The notes below the pieces were generated by a model, which saw only the letters and a program-made list of their open reading frames with translations, searched no databases and was not told where the DNA came from. 41,515 bases of DNA, taken from the NCBI GenBank assembly GCA_010028775.1, contig RHAF01000001.1, forward strand, positions 1-41,515, given 5' to 3'. The position numbers were made by a program, and so were the translations under genes. Positions 25,350 to 34,703 of the stretch are shown piece by piece. Each line of letters starts with the position of its first letter. The first letter of the stretch is position 1. This DNA comes from Verrucomicrobiota bacterium (GTDB lineage Bacteria; Verrucomicrobiota; Verrucomicrobiia; Methylacidiphilales; Verrucolacustridaceae).

Positions 25350-27532
25350 TGCTGCTGGCCCGGCCGGTGGCGAATATTCCGCGCCGCATGCATGTGGCCA
25401 TGGCGGTGGTGGTCCTGGCGGCCTTTATTTTGCTCCAGCGGCTTTTTGTCGTGCAGGTGGTGGAGGGGGAGAAACATGCCCAGACCCTGATCAACCAGAC
25501 GACCATTCCGATTCTTCTGCCGCCGCCCCGCGGGCTGATTCTCGATCGCAACGGGTTGCCTCTGGCGGAAAACCGCGCCCGCTTCGACGTTGACCTCTAT
25601 GTCCGCGAGCTGACGGGAAACTATGCCCGCGCCCACCGGGGACGCCTGCCGATGACTTCGGTGGAGGTGGGGTTGGGGGAGAAGCGGCGCAAGGTGAAGC
25701 AAGTCGACATCGACAAGATCGTGCAGGAAACCGCCCTCGAGCCCCTGCGCAACCTCGGCATCCAGATGAACTATGACGTCGACGAGCTGCGCCGCCATGC
25801 CCAGCAAAGGCCCAACACCCCGTTCCAATTGGCGACACAGATCGACTTCGCCACGCTTTCGCGAATTTCCGAAAGGGATCCGCGCCTTCCGGGCGTGCAG
25901 GAGACGGCCCGGCCGGTCCGCTGGTATCCTTACGGGGCGTTGGCCTCGCATATCATGGGTTTTGTCGGGGCGCCGGAGGAGCAGACCCTGGAGACGTTCC
26001 AGCCGGAAGTCGTCGGCAAAGATGGCGTGGAGAAAAGCTTCGAAAAAGACCTCGAAGGAAAGCCCGGGGGCAAAATCCTCAAGAAAAACAACCTGGGATT
26101 CATCCTCGAGGAGCAGGGATACCAATCGCCTCTGCCCGGGCAGAACATTTATCTCACCCTGGATGCGCGGGTGCAGACCATCGTGGAAGGGGTGATGCGG
26201 AGGGTGGGTCGCGGGGCCTGTGTGGTCATGGACCCGAACAACGGGGACATCCTGGCGATGTCCTCGGTGCCCAACTACGATCCCAACAGCTTTGTTCCCG
26301 GGGGGACGGGCCAGTCGGCGGACTGGAAAAGACTCCTCAACGACGAAACCAAGCCGATGCTCAATCGCGCCTTGGGGGCCTATGCCCCGGGATCCACCTT
26401 CAAAACCGTCACCGCGCTTTCGGCACTGGAAAATCCCGCCGCGAAATTCACCCCGGAGACGGTCATCCACAGCCCCGGTTCAATCGAACTGGCGGGCCGG
26501 ACCTGGCATGACTGGAATCCCGACGGGCAGGGGGATATCACCCTGAAGCGTGGGTTGGCCATGTCCTGTAACACATTTTTCTACCAACTGGGCGTACGCA
26601 CGGGAATCGACTCCATTACCCAGATGGGAAACCGTGTGGGATTCGGACAGAGGATCTTGAATGACCCGGACGGTAAGCCGATCCTGGCGGGCGAGGATCC
26701 GGGAACCCTCCCGGGACGCCAATGGATGGAAGATCGGATGGCCCTGCGCAAAAAGGCCTACAAGGAGAGGATCGAGGCCTGGGTGGCGGGAGGAAAAAAA
26801 GGGGAGCGTCCCCCGCCGCCTCCGGTGGAAAAATGGAGCGACGGTCACACCGCCAACACCTCCATTGGGCAGGGGTTCGTCCGGGTCACCCCTCTCCAGA
26901 TGGCGGTGATGCTTTCGGCCGTGGCCAACGGGGGAACGGTCTATCAGCCCCGGTTGGTGCAGGGCATCGGTTTGTCGACGGAGACGGGCACCAAGGTGAC
27001 TCGCGAATATCCGGCGGGAGTGAAGCGGGGCGATTTGGGTGTGCGCCCGGCCAACCTCGAGGCGGTGAGGGCGGGATTGCGTGCGGTGGTGATGGAGGGG
27101 ACGGGAAAAAACGCCGCGGTGAAGGATGTCGAGGTGGCGGGAAAAACCGGATCGGCCCAGTTCACCACGAAGATCGGTGGCAGCGTGGTCAAGGACACGC
27201 GGACTTGGTTCACGGGATTCGCCCCTCTCAAGGATCCGAAATACGTCGTGATTGTCATCGTGGAAGGCGGGGTTTCCGGTGGAGCCACCTGTGCCCCGTT
27301 GGCCTCGGAGATCCTGGCCAAGCTGTTTGAGATGGAGAAGGGGACCGCACCGCAGTTGGTTTATCAGGCCCCGGTGATCGGCCACTTCCACGGGGTGACG
27401 GCTTCCGACGGCAGCTACCAGCCTCCCGGAACGGACGGGGACAGCGATGGGGACATGTTTGGAGGAATCTTCCGCTGGTTTGACGAAGGCATGGGCACCG
27501 GCGGGGCCGGCCGAGGGCTAAGGAGGCGATGA
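25346..27532 (+). CDS. mrdA: Penicillin-binding protein 2 (class B transpeptidase)
   Basis: 'PPRGLILDRNG', SxxK 'PGSTFK', SxN 'SCN', KTG 'GKTGSAQ'. Confidence 0.93.
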   Translation: MMLLARPVANIPRRMHVAMAVVVLAAFILLQRLFVVQVVEGEKHAQTLINQTTIPILLPPPRGLILDRNGLPLAENRARFDVDLYVRELTGNYARAHRGRLPMTSVEVGLGEKRRKVKQVDIDKIVQETALEPLRNLGIQMNYDVDELRRHAQQRPNTPFQLATQIDFATLSRISERDPRLPGVQETARPVRWYPYGALASHIMGFVGAPEEQTLETFQPEVVGKDGVEKSFEKDLEGKPGGKILKKNNLGFILEEQGYQSPLPGQNIYLTLDARVQTIVEGVMRRVGRGACVVMDPNNGDILAMSSVPNYDPNSFVPGGTGQSADWKRLLNDETKPMLNRALGAYAPGSTFKTVTALSALENPAAKFTPETVIHSPGSIELAGRTWHDWNPDGQGDITLKRGLAMSCNTFFYQLGVRTGIDSITQMGNRVGFGQRILNDPDGKPILAGEDPGTLPGRQWMEDRMALRKKAYKERIEAWVAGGKKGERPPPPPVEKWSDGHTANTSIGQGFVRVTPLQMAVMLSAVANGGTVYQPRLVQGIGLSTETGTKVTREYPAGVKRGDLGVRPANLEAVRAGLRAVVMEGTGKNAAVKDVEVAGKTGSAQFTTKIGGSVVKDTRTWFTGFAPLKDPKYVVIVIVEGGVSGGATCAPLASEILAKLFEMEKGTAPQLVYQAPVIGHFHGVTASDGSYQPPGTDGDSDGDMFGGIFRWFDEGMGTGGAGRGLRRR

Positions 27533-28665
27533 TGGCCAAGACCCGGAAATGGCGCGGGCTGCACTGGCCCTCTTTTTTCCTCATGGTGGGTCTTTGCTCC
27601 TTGGGGATCATGGTGATTTATAGCGCCACCCACACCAGCGAGGCGGCCGATCTGAAAAATGCCGCCCTTCAGCAGGGGGCCTGGGTGGGGTTGGGTCTGG
27701 TCTGCTTCTTCGCCCTGGCTTTTTTGGATTATCATCGCTGGGTGGCACAGGGGTGGTTCTGGTTCGGCGGCGGCCTTTGTCTTTTGCTCCTTGTTCTCGT
27801 CTTTGGCCGAGAGGTCAATGGGGCAAAAAGCTGGATCCGCCTGGGACCGGTCGGCTTTCAGCCGGCCGAAGTCATGAAACTGGCCTTCCTCGCCGGGGCT
27901 TCAGCCCTGCTCGTGGCCTTGCGGGAGAAATCGGAAAAATTCAGCACCGTGCTGGCCCTTGGGGGATTCGCCCTGATCCCCATTTTCCTGATTCTCAAAC
28001 AACCCGATCTGGGTTCGGCCGCAGTCTTCATGCCGATGTGTTTCGGTTTGCTCCTCGCCGCGGGGACAAGACTCCGTTACCTGCTGGTACCCGCCGGGTT
28101 CGGGTTGGTCATGGTCTTGGCGATCTACGTCTACGTCGGATACCTCGGCAAGGAGCTCCCTTTCCTCAAAACCTACCAGAACAACCGCATCCGGACTTTT
28201 TTCGATCCGAATCTGGATCCCCTCGGGGCGGGATGGACCATCCGTCAGTCGATCATTGCCATCGGCTCCGGCGGTTTCAGCGGCAAGGGCTATCTCCGGG
28301 GCGACCAGAACCTCTACGGTTTTCTTCCCAAAAACATCGCTTACAACGATTTTATTTTTTCCGTGCTTGGGGAGGAACTTGGTTTTGTCGGGGGGGGCGC
28401 ATTGATCCTGGCGGAGGCCGGGCTTCTTCTTTCCATTGCCTGGATCGGATCCCGGGCCCCCGACCTGGAGGGGCGGCTCCTCGCTGGCGGGGTGCTGGGC
28501 ATGCTGTTCACCCATTTTTTCATCAACGTGGGAATGACAATCAAGGTGGTGCCGATCACCGGCATTCCCCTGCCTTTCGTGAGCTACGGAGGGACCTTTC
28601 TGGCCGTTTGCATGGCCGCGATGGGTTTGATGCAAAGCGTCTGGATGCAAAGGAGGCTGGGCTGA
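27529..28665 (+). CDS. rodA: Peptidoglycan glycosyltransferase RodA (SEDS family)
   Basis: 'GAKSWIRLG..FQPAE..K', 'QPDLGSA', 'AIGSGG..GKG', 'DFIFSV..EE.G', 'GIPLPFVSYGG'. Confidence 0.95.
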   Translation: MMAKTRKWRGLHWPSFFLMVGLCSLGIMVIYSATHTSEAADLKNAALQQGAWVGLGLVCFFALAFLDYHRWVAQGWFWFGGGLCLLLLVLVFGREVNGAKSWIRLGPVGFQPAEVMKLAFLAGASALLVALREKSEKFSTVLALGGFALIPIFLILKQPDLGSAAVFMPMCFGLLLAAGTRLRYLLVPAGFGLVMVLAIYVYVGYLGKELPFLKTYQNNRIRTFFDPNLDPLGAGWTIRQSIIAIGSGGFSGKGYLRGDQNLYGFLPKNIAYNDFIFSVLGEELGFVGGGALILAEAGLLLSIAWIGSRAPDLEGRLLAGGVLGMLFTHFFINVGMTIKVVPITGIPLPFVSYGGTFLAVCMAAMGLMQSVWMQRRLG

Positions 28666-28702
28666 TGCCCCGCCCCATTCGGAATACCGAAAGGAGAACA
28701 TC

Positions 28703-30274
28703 ATGATCGTGGAAACCATCAAGCGGATCTTCGGAGTCAAAACCAAGGAGGAGCGACGGAGCCTGCTGATCTCCGTCGAGCCCCTGGAAAAACGGGTGGC
28801 CCTGCTGGAAGGCGGGGTGGTGGAGGAGTTTTCCATCGAGCGGGAAGGGGACCGGAGCATTTCCGGCAACATCTACAAGGCCCGGGTGCACAACGTGGAG
28901 CCGTCCCTCAAGGCCCTCTTTGTCGACATTGGGCTGGAAAAGAACGCCTTCCTGCATTTTTGGGACGCGGTACCGGCGGCGATGGACGAACAGATCGAGG
29001 CGGTCGAGCGCCGGGGAAGCCGCGGGCGGAAGCCGCGCATCACCAGCAATGACATTCCCCGGCTCTATCCCGCCGGTTCCGAGGTGATCGTCCAGGTCAA
29101 CAAGGGGCCGATCGGAACGAAGGGGGCCCGCGTCACAACGAACATCAGCCTTCCGGGCCGCTACCTGGTGCTCATGCCGTTCGGGGAGATGAGCGGAGTT
29201 TCGCGAAAAATCGAAAATTCGGAGGAACGGGCCCGGTTGCGGAAAATTCTCCAGGAACTGGACGTGCCCGAGGGCATGGGGGTCATCCTCCGGACCAACG
29301 GCGAGGGCATGCAGGCCCGCTACTTCGTCCGTGATCTGGCCCTGCTGCTCGAGCAGTGGAAAAAGGTGGAGGAGGGGCTGAAAAGCAAGAGTGCCCCCGC
29401 GGTCCTGCTGGAGGAGCCCGACCTGGTGGAACGGTCGGTGCGCGATTTCCTGACCGAGGAGGTCGACGAAGTGATGGTCGACAATGAGGACGCGGAGAAG
29501 CGCGTCCGCGAAATGGTCGGGCTGATCTCCAAGCGTTCCCTCAAAAAGGTCAAACGCCACCTGGCCGCCGAGCCCCTCTTCGAGGCCTTTGGCGTCAACC
29601 GTCAGATTGAGAGCGCCCTGCGCCGGCAGGTCTGGCTGAAATCGGGGGCCTACCTGGTGGTCGATGAGACCGAAGCCCTGGTTTCGATCGACGTGAATAC
29701 CGGAAAAACCCGTGGAGGCCGGGACCACGACGACACCATCCGGAAGACCAACCTTGAGGCTGCCGAGGAAATCGCCCGGCAACTGCGGTTAAGGAACCTT
29801 GGCGGGTTGGTAGTCATCGACTTTATCGACATGAAATCGAGGCGGGACCAGATGGCGGTCTACGAGAAGTTCAAGCAGTGCCTCCGCCGTGACCGGGCCC
29901 GAACCCACACCCTTCCGATTTCGGCCCTCGGTTTGCTGGAGATGACCCGGCAGAGGGTGCAGGAGAGCATCCGAAGGGCGGTCTACATGGAGTGTCCCTG
30001 TTGCCGTGGAAAGGGGATGGTCAAATCTTTTGAGACGATGAGTGTGGAAATCCAGCGCGAGATCAGCCGGATCCTGCGCAAACACAGCGACGTCCATGAG
30101 ATCAAGGTCGTGGTCCATCCCGGGGTTCTCCACCGTCTGCGGACCGAGGACGACGAACTGCTGGTCGAACTGCAACGTAGGTTCGCCGGACAATTTCAAT
30201 TCAAGGCGGATCCGGCCTCCAACGTGGAGGATTTCAAGATCCTCAACGCCGCGACGGAACAGCCCCTGGAGTGA
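28703..30274 (+). CDS. rng: Ribonuclease E/G family (RNase G-length)
   Basis: S1 'GNIYKARV', 'KGPIGTKGARVT', 'IDVNTG', 'RLRNLGGLVVIDFIDM', Zn-link 'CPCCRGKG'. AGGAGA SD sequence. Confidence 0.92.
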   Translation: MIVETIKRIFGVKTKEERRSLLISVEPLEKRVALLEGGVVEEFSIEREGDRSISGNIYKARVHNVEPSLKALFVDIGLEKNAFLHFWDAVPAAMDEQIEAVERRGSRGRKPRITSNDIPRLYPAGSEVIVQVNKGPIGTKGARVTTNISLPGRYLVLMPFGEMSGVSRKIENSEERARLRKILQELDVPEGMGVILRTNGEGMQARYFVRDLALLLEQWKKVEEGLKSKSAPAVLLEEPDLVERSVRDFLTEEVDEVMVDNEDAEKRVREMVGLISKRSLKKVKRHLAAEPLFEAFGVNRQIESALRRQVWLKSGAYLVVDETEALVSIDVNTGKTRGGRDHDDTIRKTNLEAAEEIARQLRLRNLGGLVVIDFIDMKSRRDQMAVYEKFKQCLRRDRARTHTLPISALGLLEMTRQRVQESIRRAVYMECPCCRGKGMVKSFETMSVEIQREISRILRKHSDVHEIKVVVHPGVLHRLRTEDDELLVELQRRFAGQFQFKADPASNVEDFKILNAATEQPLE

Positions 30275-33036
30275 CCATGCAGGGTGGCACCGGACCGGGA
30301 GGGCCGGTTCCCGTGGAAAAAGGCGCGGAACCTTCGCGTTTATTTCTTCCGGCCTTGGAGAAGCTTGCGGCGGCGGGGGAGGGAATTTCCCCCGACTCCA
30401 AACTGGACCGGATCCGGCAATTTCTCCGCGAGGAGGAGGCCCGACTCGTTGCCCAGGCCAAGGCCGGCGTTCCCGGGTTGGAGTTGGCCCACCGGCGCTC
30501 CCAGCTCCTGTCCGCCGTCCTGATCCATCTTTGGAATCACGCCGGGGACGAGGCCTCGAAAAGCCGTCTTGCCCTGGGAGCGGTCGGGGGATTCGGCCGG
30601 GGGGAGATGAGTCCGGCCAGCGATGTTGACCTGGTCTTCATCCGGGAACGGGGAAAGGAGAAGGCGGAGGAGGAGGTGGTCCGGCAGATTCTCTACGTTC
30701 TCTGGGATATCGGGTTCAAGGTGGGGCACGCCTGCCGCACGGTGGGCGAGACGATGGAAAGGGCGGAGAGCGAGCCGATGATCAAGACCGCCCTGTTGGA
30801 CGCCCGGTGCCTGGCCGGATCCGCCCCGCTCTGGCAGGCCTTTTCCTCCGAGTTTCAAAAAAAATGCCTCCATCGCGGGGTGGAGAACTATCTCGCCTGG
30901 CGGCTGGAGAACCAGGCGGCCCGACATGCCAAGGAAGGGGGGACGATCTACGTGCAAGAGCCCAACCTCAAGACCGGGGTCGGAGGCCTGCGCGATTTTC
31001 ACAACCTGCGGTGGGTGGGAAAAGTCAGCGGCCAGGGGGTGAGCCTGGGTGAACTGGCGGCCCAAGGCTGGCTGGCGGCGGAGGAGGTGGATGTGGCGGA
31101 AAAATCCTTCGCCTTTCTCATGACCGTGCGCGAGTGGCTCCACGACCTGCAGGGTGGAGCCGGGGATGTGCTGTCGCTGCGCCTGCAGGGGGAACTGGCG
31201 GTGGCCATGGGCTATCCGCAGCCGAATATCCTCCGTCAAAGCGAGGCCCTCATGCGGGAGGTCTACGGCCACATGCGCTCAATTCACCTGATCTGCAATC
31301 CGGCAGCCACGAGGATCTGCCAGCAGATCACGGGCAAACCCCGGGGGATCTGGTCTTTCTTTGCGGGGTGGCAGGGATCCCGCCGGGCAACGGACGGTTT
31401 CATCCTGAAAGGAGCCGAGCTCGAGGCGGAGAGTCCCCAGGTTTTTTCGCAGGATCCCGCCCGGATGATCCGCGTTTTCCGGATTCTCCAGGACCAGGGT
31501 TCCGTTCCGAGCGCCCAGTTGGTCGCCCTTTTCCGTGCCAATTTCAGCCTCTTGACCGACGAATTGCTCGGGCGGAAGGACGTGCAGGAGGTCTTTCTCC
31601 ATCTTCTCCGGCAGAAGGGAAAAGTCGCCCGTGTCCTCCGCTTGATGCATGAAAACGGGGTACTCGGGCGGATGATCCCGGAATTCGCGCCCTTGACCTG
31701 TCTGGTACAGCACGAATTCTTTCACCGCTACACCGCCGACGAGCACACCCTCGTCTGTCTCGAGCAACTCGACGCGATGCTGGATTCCAAGGACCCCGAC
31801 CTTCGAAAGTACGCCGAGCTCTACGCCCGGGTGGAGGCCCCTGAGATCCTCGCCCTGGCGATGTTACTCCATGACACCGGCAAGGCCGAGCTGAGCCGGC
31901 ACCACGAGGAGGTGGGGGCAGCCAACGCGGCCCGGGTGGCGCGTCGGTTCCATTTTTGGGGCCGCAACCTCTCCCTGATGACCTTCCTGGTGGATCATCA
32001 CATGACGCTGGGAAACTTTGCCCGAAAAAACCTCGACGAGCCCGAGACCATCCGGGCGTTTGCGCGGATCGTCCAAGATGAGGAAAGGCTGGATCTGCTG
32101 ATGCTCATTTCGGCCGCGGATGTCCGGGCGGTCGCCGGCCGAAGCAACTGGTCGAGCTGGCGGGAACTGCTGGTCTGGGACCTCTACACGCGGACCAAGC
32201 GGATGCTGGCGGGGGAGGAGGAGTTTCTTCGTGCCGAGGAGGAGGAGCGGGCCGGAAGAACCCGCCAGGTGGCCGCGGTACTCGCCGGAAGCTGCACCGA
32301 GGAGGAGATGCAAAACCACCTGGAACGGATGGGACCCTCTTATTTGCGGCAGTGCACGGCGGAGTTGGTGGCCCGGCACATCCGGGCGATCCACGAGTTC
32401 CTCGAGAGACGGGTGGCCGGAGCCGAGGCACTCGTGCCGCTGGTGGTCTGGCAGGACCATGCCGAAGAGGGACACACCGAGGTCATCGTGGTGACCTGGA
32501 ACCGGGAAAAGCTCTTCAGCAAGATCGCCGGCAGCTTTGCCGTGGCTGGGGTCAACATCCTCAGCGCAAACATATTCACCCGGAGCGACGATGTGGTGGT
32601 TGACACCTTCCGCGTTTGCACCGACCGGCTCGAGCCGGTAAGTCACCGGGTTGACCGCGAGCTTTTTGAAAAAACCCTGACCGAGGCGCTGGGGGCCACG
32701 GAGGATCATTTGGCGGAGCGGTTGGCCGGCCAGGGACCGACCCTTTGGCAAAAGGCCATCGGCGAGGGGGAATTTCCCGCAACCCTGCGGATCGACACGG
32801 AGAGCGAGCCCGGAAAGACCCTCGTCCACGTGCAGGCTCCCGACCGGGTGGGGCTTCTTCACGCGTTGACCCGCGCCATCTCGGAGGAGGGTTTGCAGAT
32901 CGAGGGGGCGCGGATTACCACGGAAAAAGGGGCGGCGATCGACACCTTCAGCATCCTCGGCCAAGGGGAACCGCTGACGGACTCCGCCGCCTTGGACCGC
33001 CTTCTCAACCGGCTCAAGGGAGTGGTCAGCCGGTGA
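30271..33036 (+). CDS. glnD: Bifunctional PII uridylyltransferase/uridylyl-removing enzyme
   Basis: 'AVGGFGRGE..PASDVD', 'EPNLK.G.GGLRD', HD domain 'HRYTADEH...LLHDTGK', two C-terminal ACT domains ('PDRVGLL'). Confidence 0.95.
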   Translation: MTMQGGTGPGGPVPVEKGAEPSRLFLPALEKLAAAGEGISPDSKLDRIRQFLREEEARLVAQAKAGVPGLELAHRRSQLLSAVLIHLWNHAGDEASKSRLALGAVGGFGRGEMSPASDVDLVFIRERGKEKAEEEVVRQILYVLWDIGFKVGHACRTVGETMERAESEPMIKTALLDARCLAGSAPLWQAFSSEFQKKCLHRGVENYLAWRLENQAARHAKEGGTIYVQEPNLKTGVGGLRDFHNLRWVGKVSGQGVSLGELAAQGWLAAEEVDVAEKSFAFLMTVREWLHDLQGGAGDVLSLRLQGELAVAMGYPQPNILRQSEALMREVYGHMRSIHLICNPAATRICQQITGKPRGIWSFFAGWQGSRRATDGFILKGAELEAESPQVFSQDPARMIRVFRILQDQGSVPSAQLVALFRANFSLLTDELLGRKDVQEVFLHLLRQKGKVARVLRLMHENGVLGRMIPEFAPLTCLVQHEFFHRYTADEHTLVCLEQLDAMLDSKDPDLRKYAELYARVEAPEILALAMLLHDTGKAELSRHHEEVGAANAARVARRFHFWGRNLSLMTFLVDHHMTLGNFARKNLDEPETIRAFARIVQDEERLDLLMLISAADVRAVAGRSNWSSWRELLVWDLYTRTKRMLAGEEEFLRAEEEERAGRTRQVAAVLAGSCTEEEMQNHLERMGPSYLRQCTAELVARHIRAIHEFLERRVAGAEALVPLVVWQDHAEEGHTEVIVVTWNREKLFSKIAGSFAVAGVNILSANIFTRSDDVVVDTFRVCTDRLEPVSHRVDRELFEKTLTEALGATEDHLAERLAGQGPTLWQKAIGEGEFPATLRIDTESEPGKTLVHVQAPDRVGLLHALTRAISEEGLQIEGARITTEKGAAIDTFSILGQGEPLTDSAALDRLLNRLKGVVSR

Positions 33037-34703
33037 AAAAAAACAGGCGACAGCTGGACCTGGAACCCGGCGATCTGCTGCGGGCCCGGAAACTGGCCGA
33101 ACGGATCGTGTCGGAAGCCAAGCGGGAATTCGGGGTGGAGCGCGCCGCCCTCTATCTTCTCAATCCCAACTTCGGGAATCTGGAAATGGAGGCCTCCCTC
33201 GGGGTGGCCGTGTCTGTGCAAAAAAAACGGTTGGCACCCGGGCAGGGGTTGGCCGGTTGGGTGGCAAGTCGCGGAATCTCCGCCCGGGCCGATCTACAAA
33301 AAAGCAACCTAGGGCTGGGTTCGGGAGGGAGTGAAATGGCCGCCCCCCTGAGCGAGGGGGAAAACCTGATTGGGGTTCTGGTGGTCGGAACCCGGAAAAA
33401 AAACTTTTTCCCGGAGGGAAGGGAGGAGGATCTGCAGAAAATGGCCGACGAGGCCGCCCGCTGGCTGAGCCTGGCCTGGAAAGTTGCGGGGACGAGCGAG
33501 GAGAGCCGGCGCTCGGCGGCCCTGGCGGAGGTTGGTGCGGCCATCGGGGCGGAGGAGACCCCGGAGGCGATTCTCAACCGGGTTGCCCGTGAGGCGGCGC
33601 GACTTTCCGGCGCCAAGCTCGCCTCCATTTTCCTCCTCGATGTGAAAAAGGAGAAGCTCTCCCTTGAAGTGTGTCTGGGGGGATCAGCGGATTACCGCCA
33701 GCAACCGCCCATCGAGGTTGCCGAGTCCGCATTGGGCTATGTGGTGCGGCGCGGGCGACCGATCTCGGTACGGGATGTGCGGCTTAGTCCGCAGGACCTG
33801 CACACCGACCGGATCCTGCGGGAGGGCCTTGTCTCGGTTTTGGTGGTCCCGCTGGTGGAGAAGACGGAGGGTATCGGGGTCCTTTGCGTGGCCACCGCGG
33901 AGACCCGGCGCTTCCCAGACGCGGAAATACGACTTCTTGAGGGATTGGCCGGTTTGGCCGCGGCGGCGCTCGGACGATCCAGATTATCGGGACGGCTCGA
34001 CCGAACGGAGGAGGAGTTGCGTAACCGGGAGAGGCTCTCCTCCCTTGGCATGCTGGCTGCGGAGGTGGCCCATGAGGTTCGAAATCCGCTGGCGGTCATC
34101 CGGATGCTGTGGCACACGGCTCTCCGGGGGTTGCAACCATCGGAGGCCCAGGCCCGGGACTTGAACCTCATCGAATCCAAGTTGGCTCAGATGAACGGGA
34201 TTCTCGACCGGGTGCTCAATCTGGCCCGCTCGGCGGATCCGGAGATCGGTCCGGTGGATGGAACGGATCTGATCGAGGAGGTCGGACTTCTCGTCCGCAG
34301 CAAGCTTTCCGCCTCCCGGATCCGACTAGCCAAAAAAGTGCCGCTCCGGGGCCGGGCGGTGTTGCGCGGGGATCGGCCCCAGTTGGAGCAGGCGGTTTTG
34401 AATCTGGTTCTCAACGCTGTGGAGGCAATGCCGGAGGGAGGGGAACTCAAGCTCGGCGTGCAGGCGCGGGGAGGGAGCGTCTTTCTATCCGTTCAGGACA
34501 GCGGACAAGGCATGCCTCGGGAAATTGCCGATCGGCTGTTCGAACCCTTTTTATCGCGCCGACCGGGGGGCACGGGCCTGGGCATGGCGCTGGTCCGACG
34601 GACGGTCGAAGCGCACGGGGGATCCCTGCGGGTGGATTCGAAACCTGGCAAAGGGACGCAGGTGGAAATCCGGCTTCCCGCTTGGGGCGCCCCGCGGGCC
34701 TAG
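33033..34703 (+). CDS. Cytoplasmic sensor histidine kinase with two GAF domains
   Basis: Two GAF-like repeats; H-box 'AHEVRNPL', N-box 'NLVLNA', G1 'DSGQG', F 'FEPF', G2 'GTGLG'. GTG start overlaps the glnD stop. Confidence 0.9.
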   Translation: MKKNRRQLDLEPGDLLRARKLAERIVSEAKREFGVERAALYLLNPNFGNLEMEASLGVAVSVQKKRLAPGQGLAGWVASRGISARADLQKSNLGLGSGGSEMAAPLSEGENLIGVLVVGTRKKNFFPEGREEDLQKMADEAARWLSLAWKVAGTSEESRRSAALAEVGAAIGAEETPEAILNRVAREAARLSGAKLASIFLLDVKKEKLSLEVCLGGSADYRQQPPIEVAESALGYVVRRGRPISVRDVRLSPQDLHTDRILREGLVSVLVVPLVEKTEGIGVLCVATAETRRFPDAEIRLLEGLAGLAAAALGRSRLSGRLDRTEEELRNRERLSSLGMLAAEVAHEVRNPLAVIRMLWHTALRGLQPSEAQARDLNLIESKLAQMNGILDRVLNLARSADPEIGPVDGTDLIEEVGLLVRSKLSASRIRLAKKVPLRGRAVLRGDRPQLEQAVLNLVLNAVEAMPEGGELKLGVQARGGSVFLSVQDSGQGMPREIADRLFEPFLSRRPGGTGLGMALVRRTVEAHGGSLRVDSKPGKGTQVEIRLPAWGAPRA

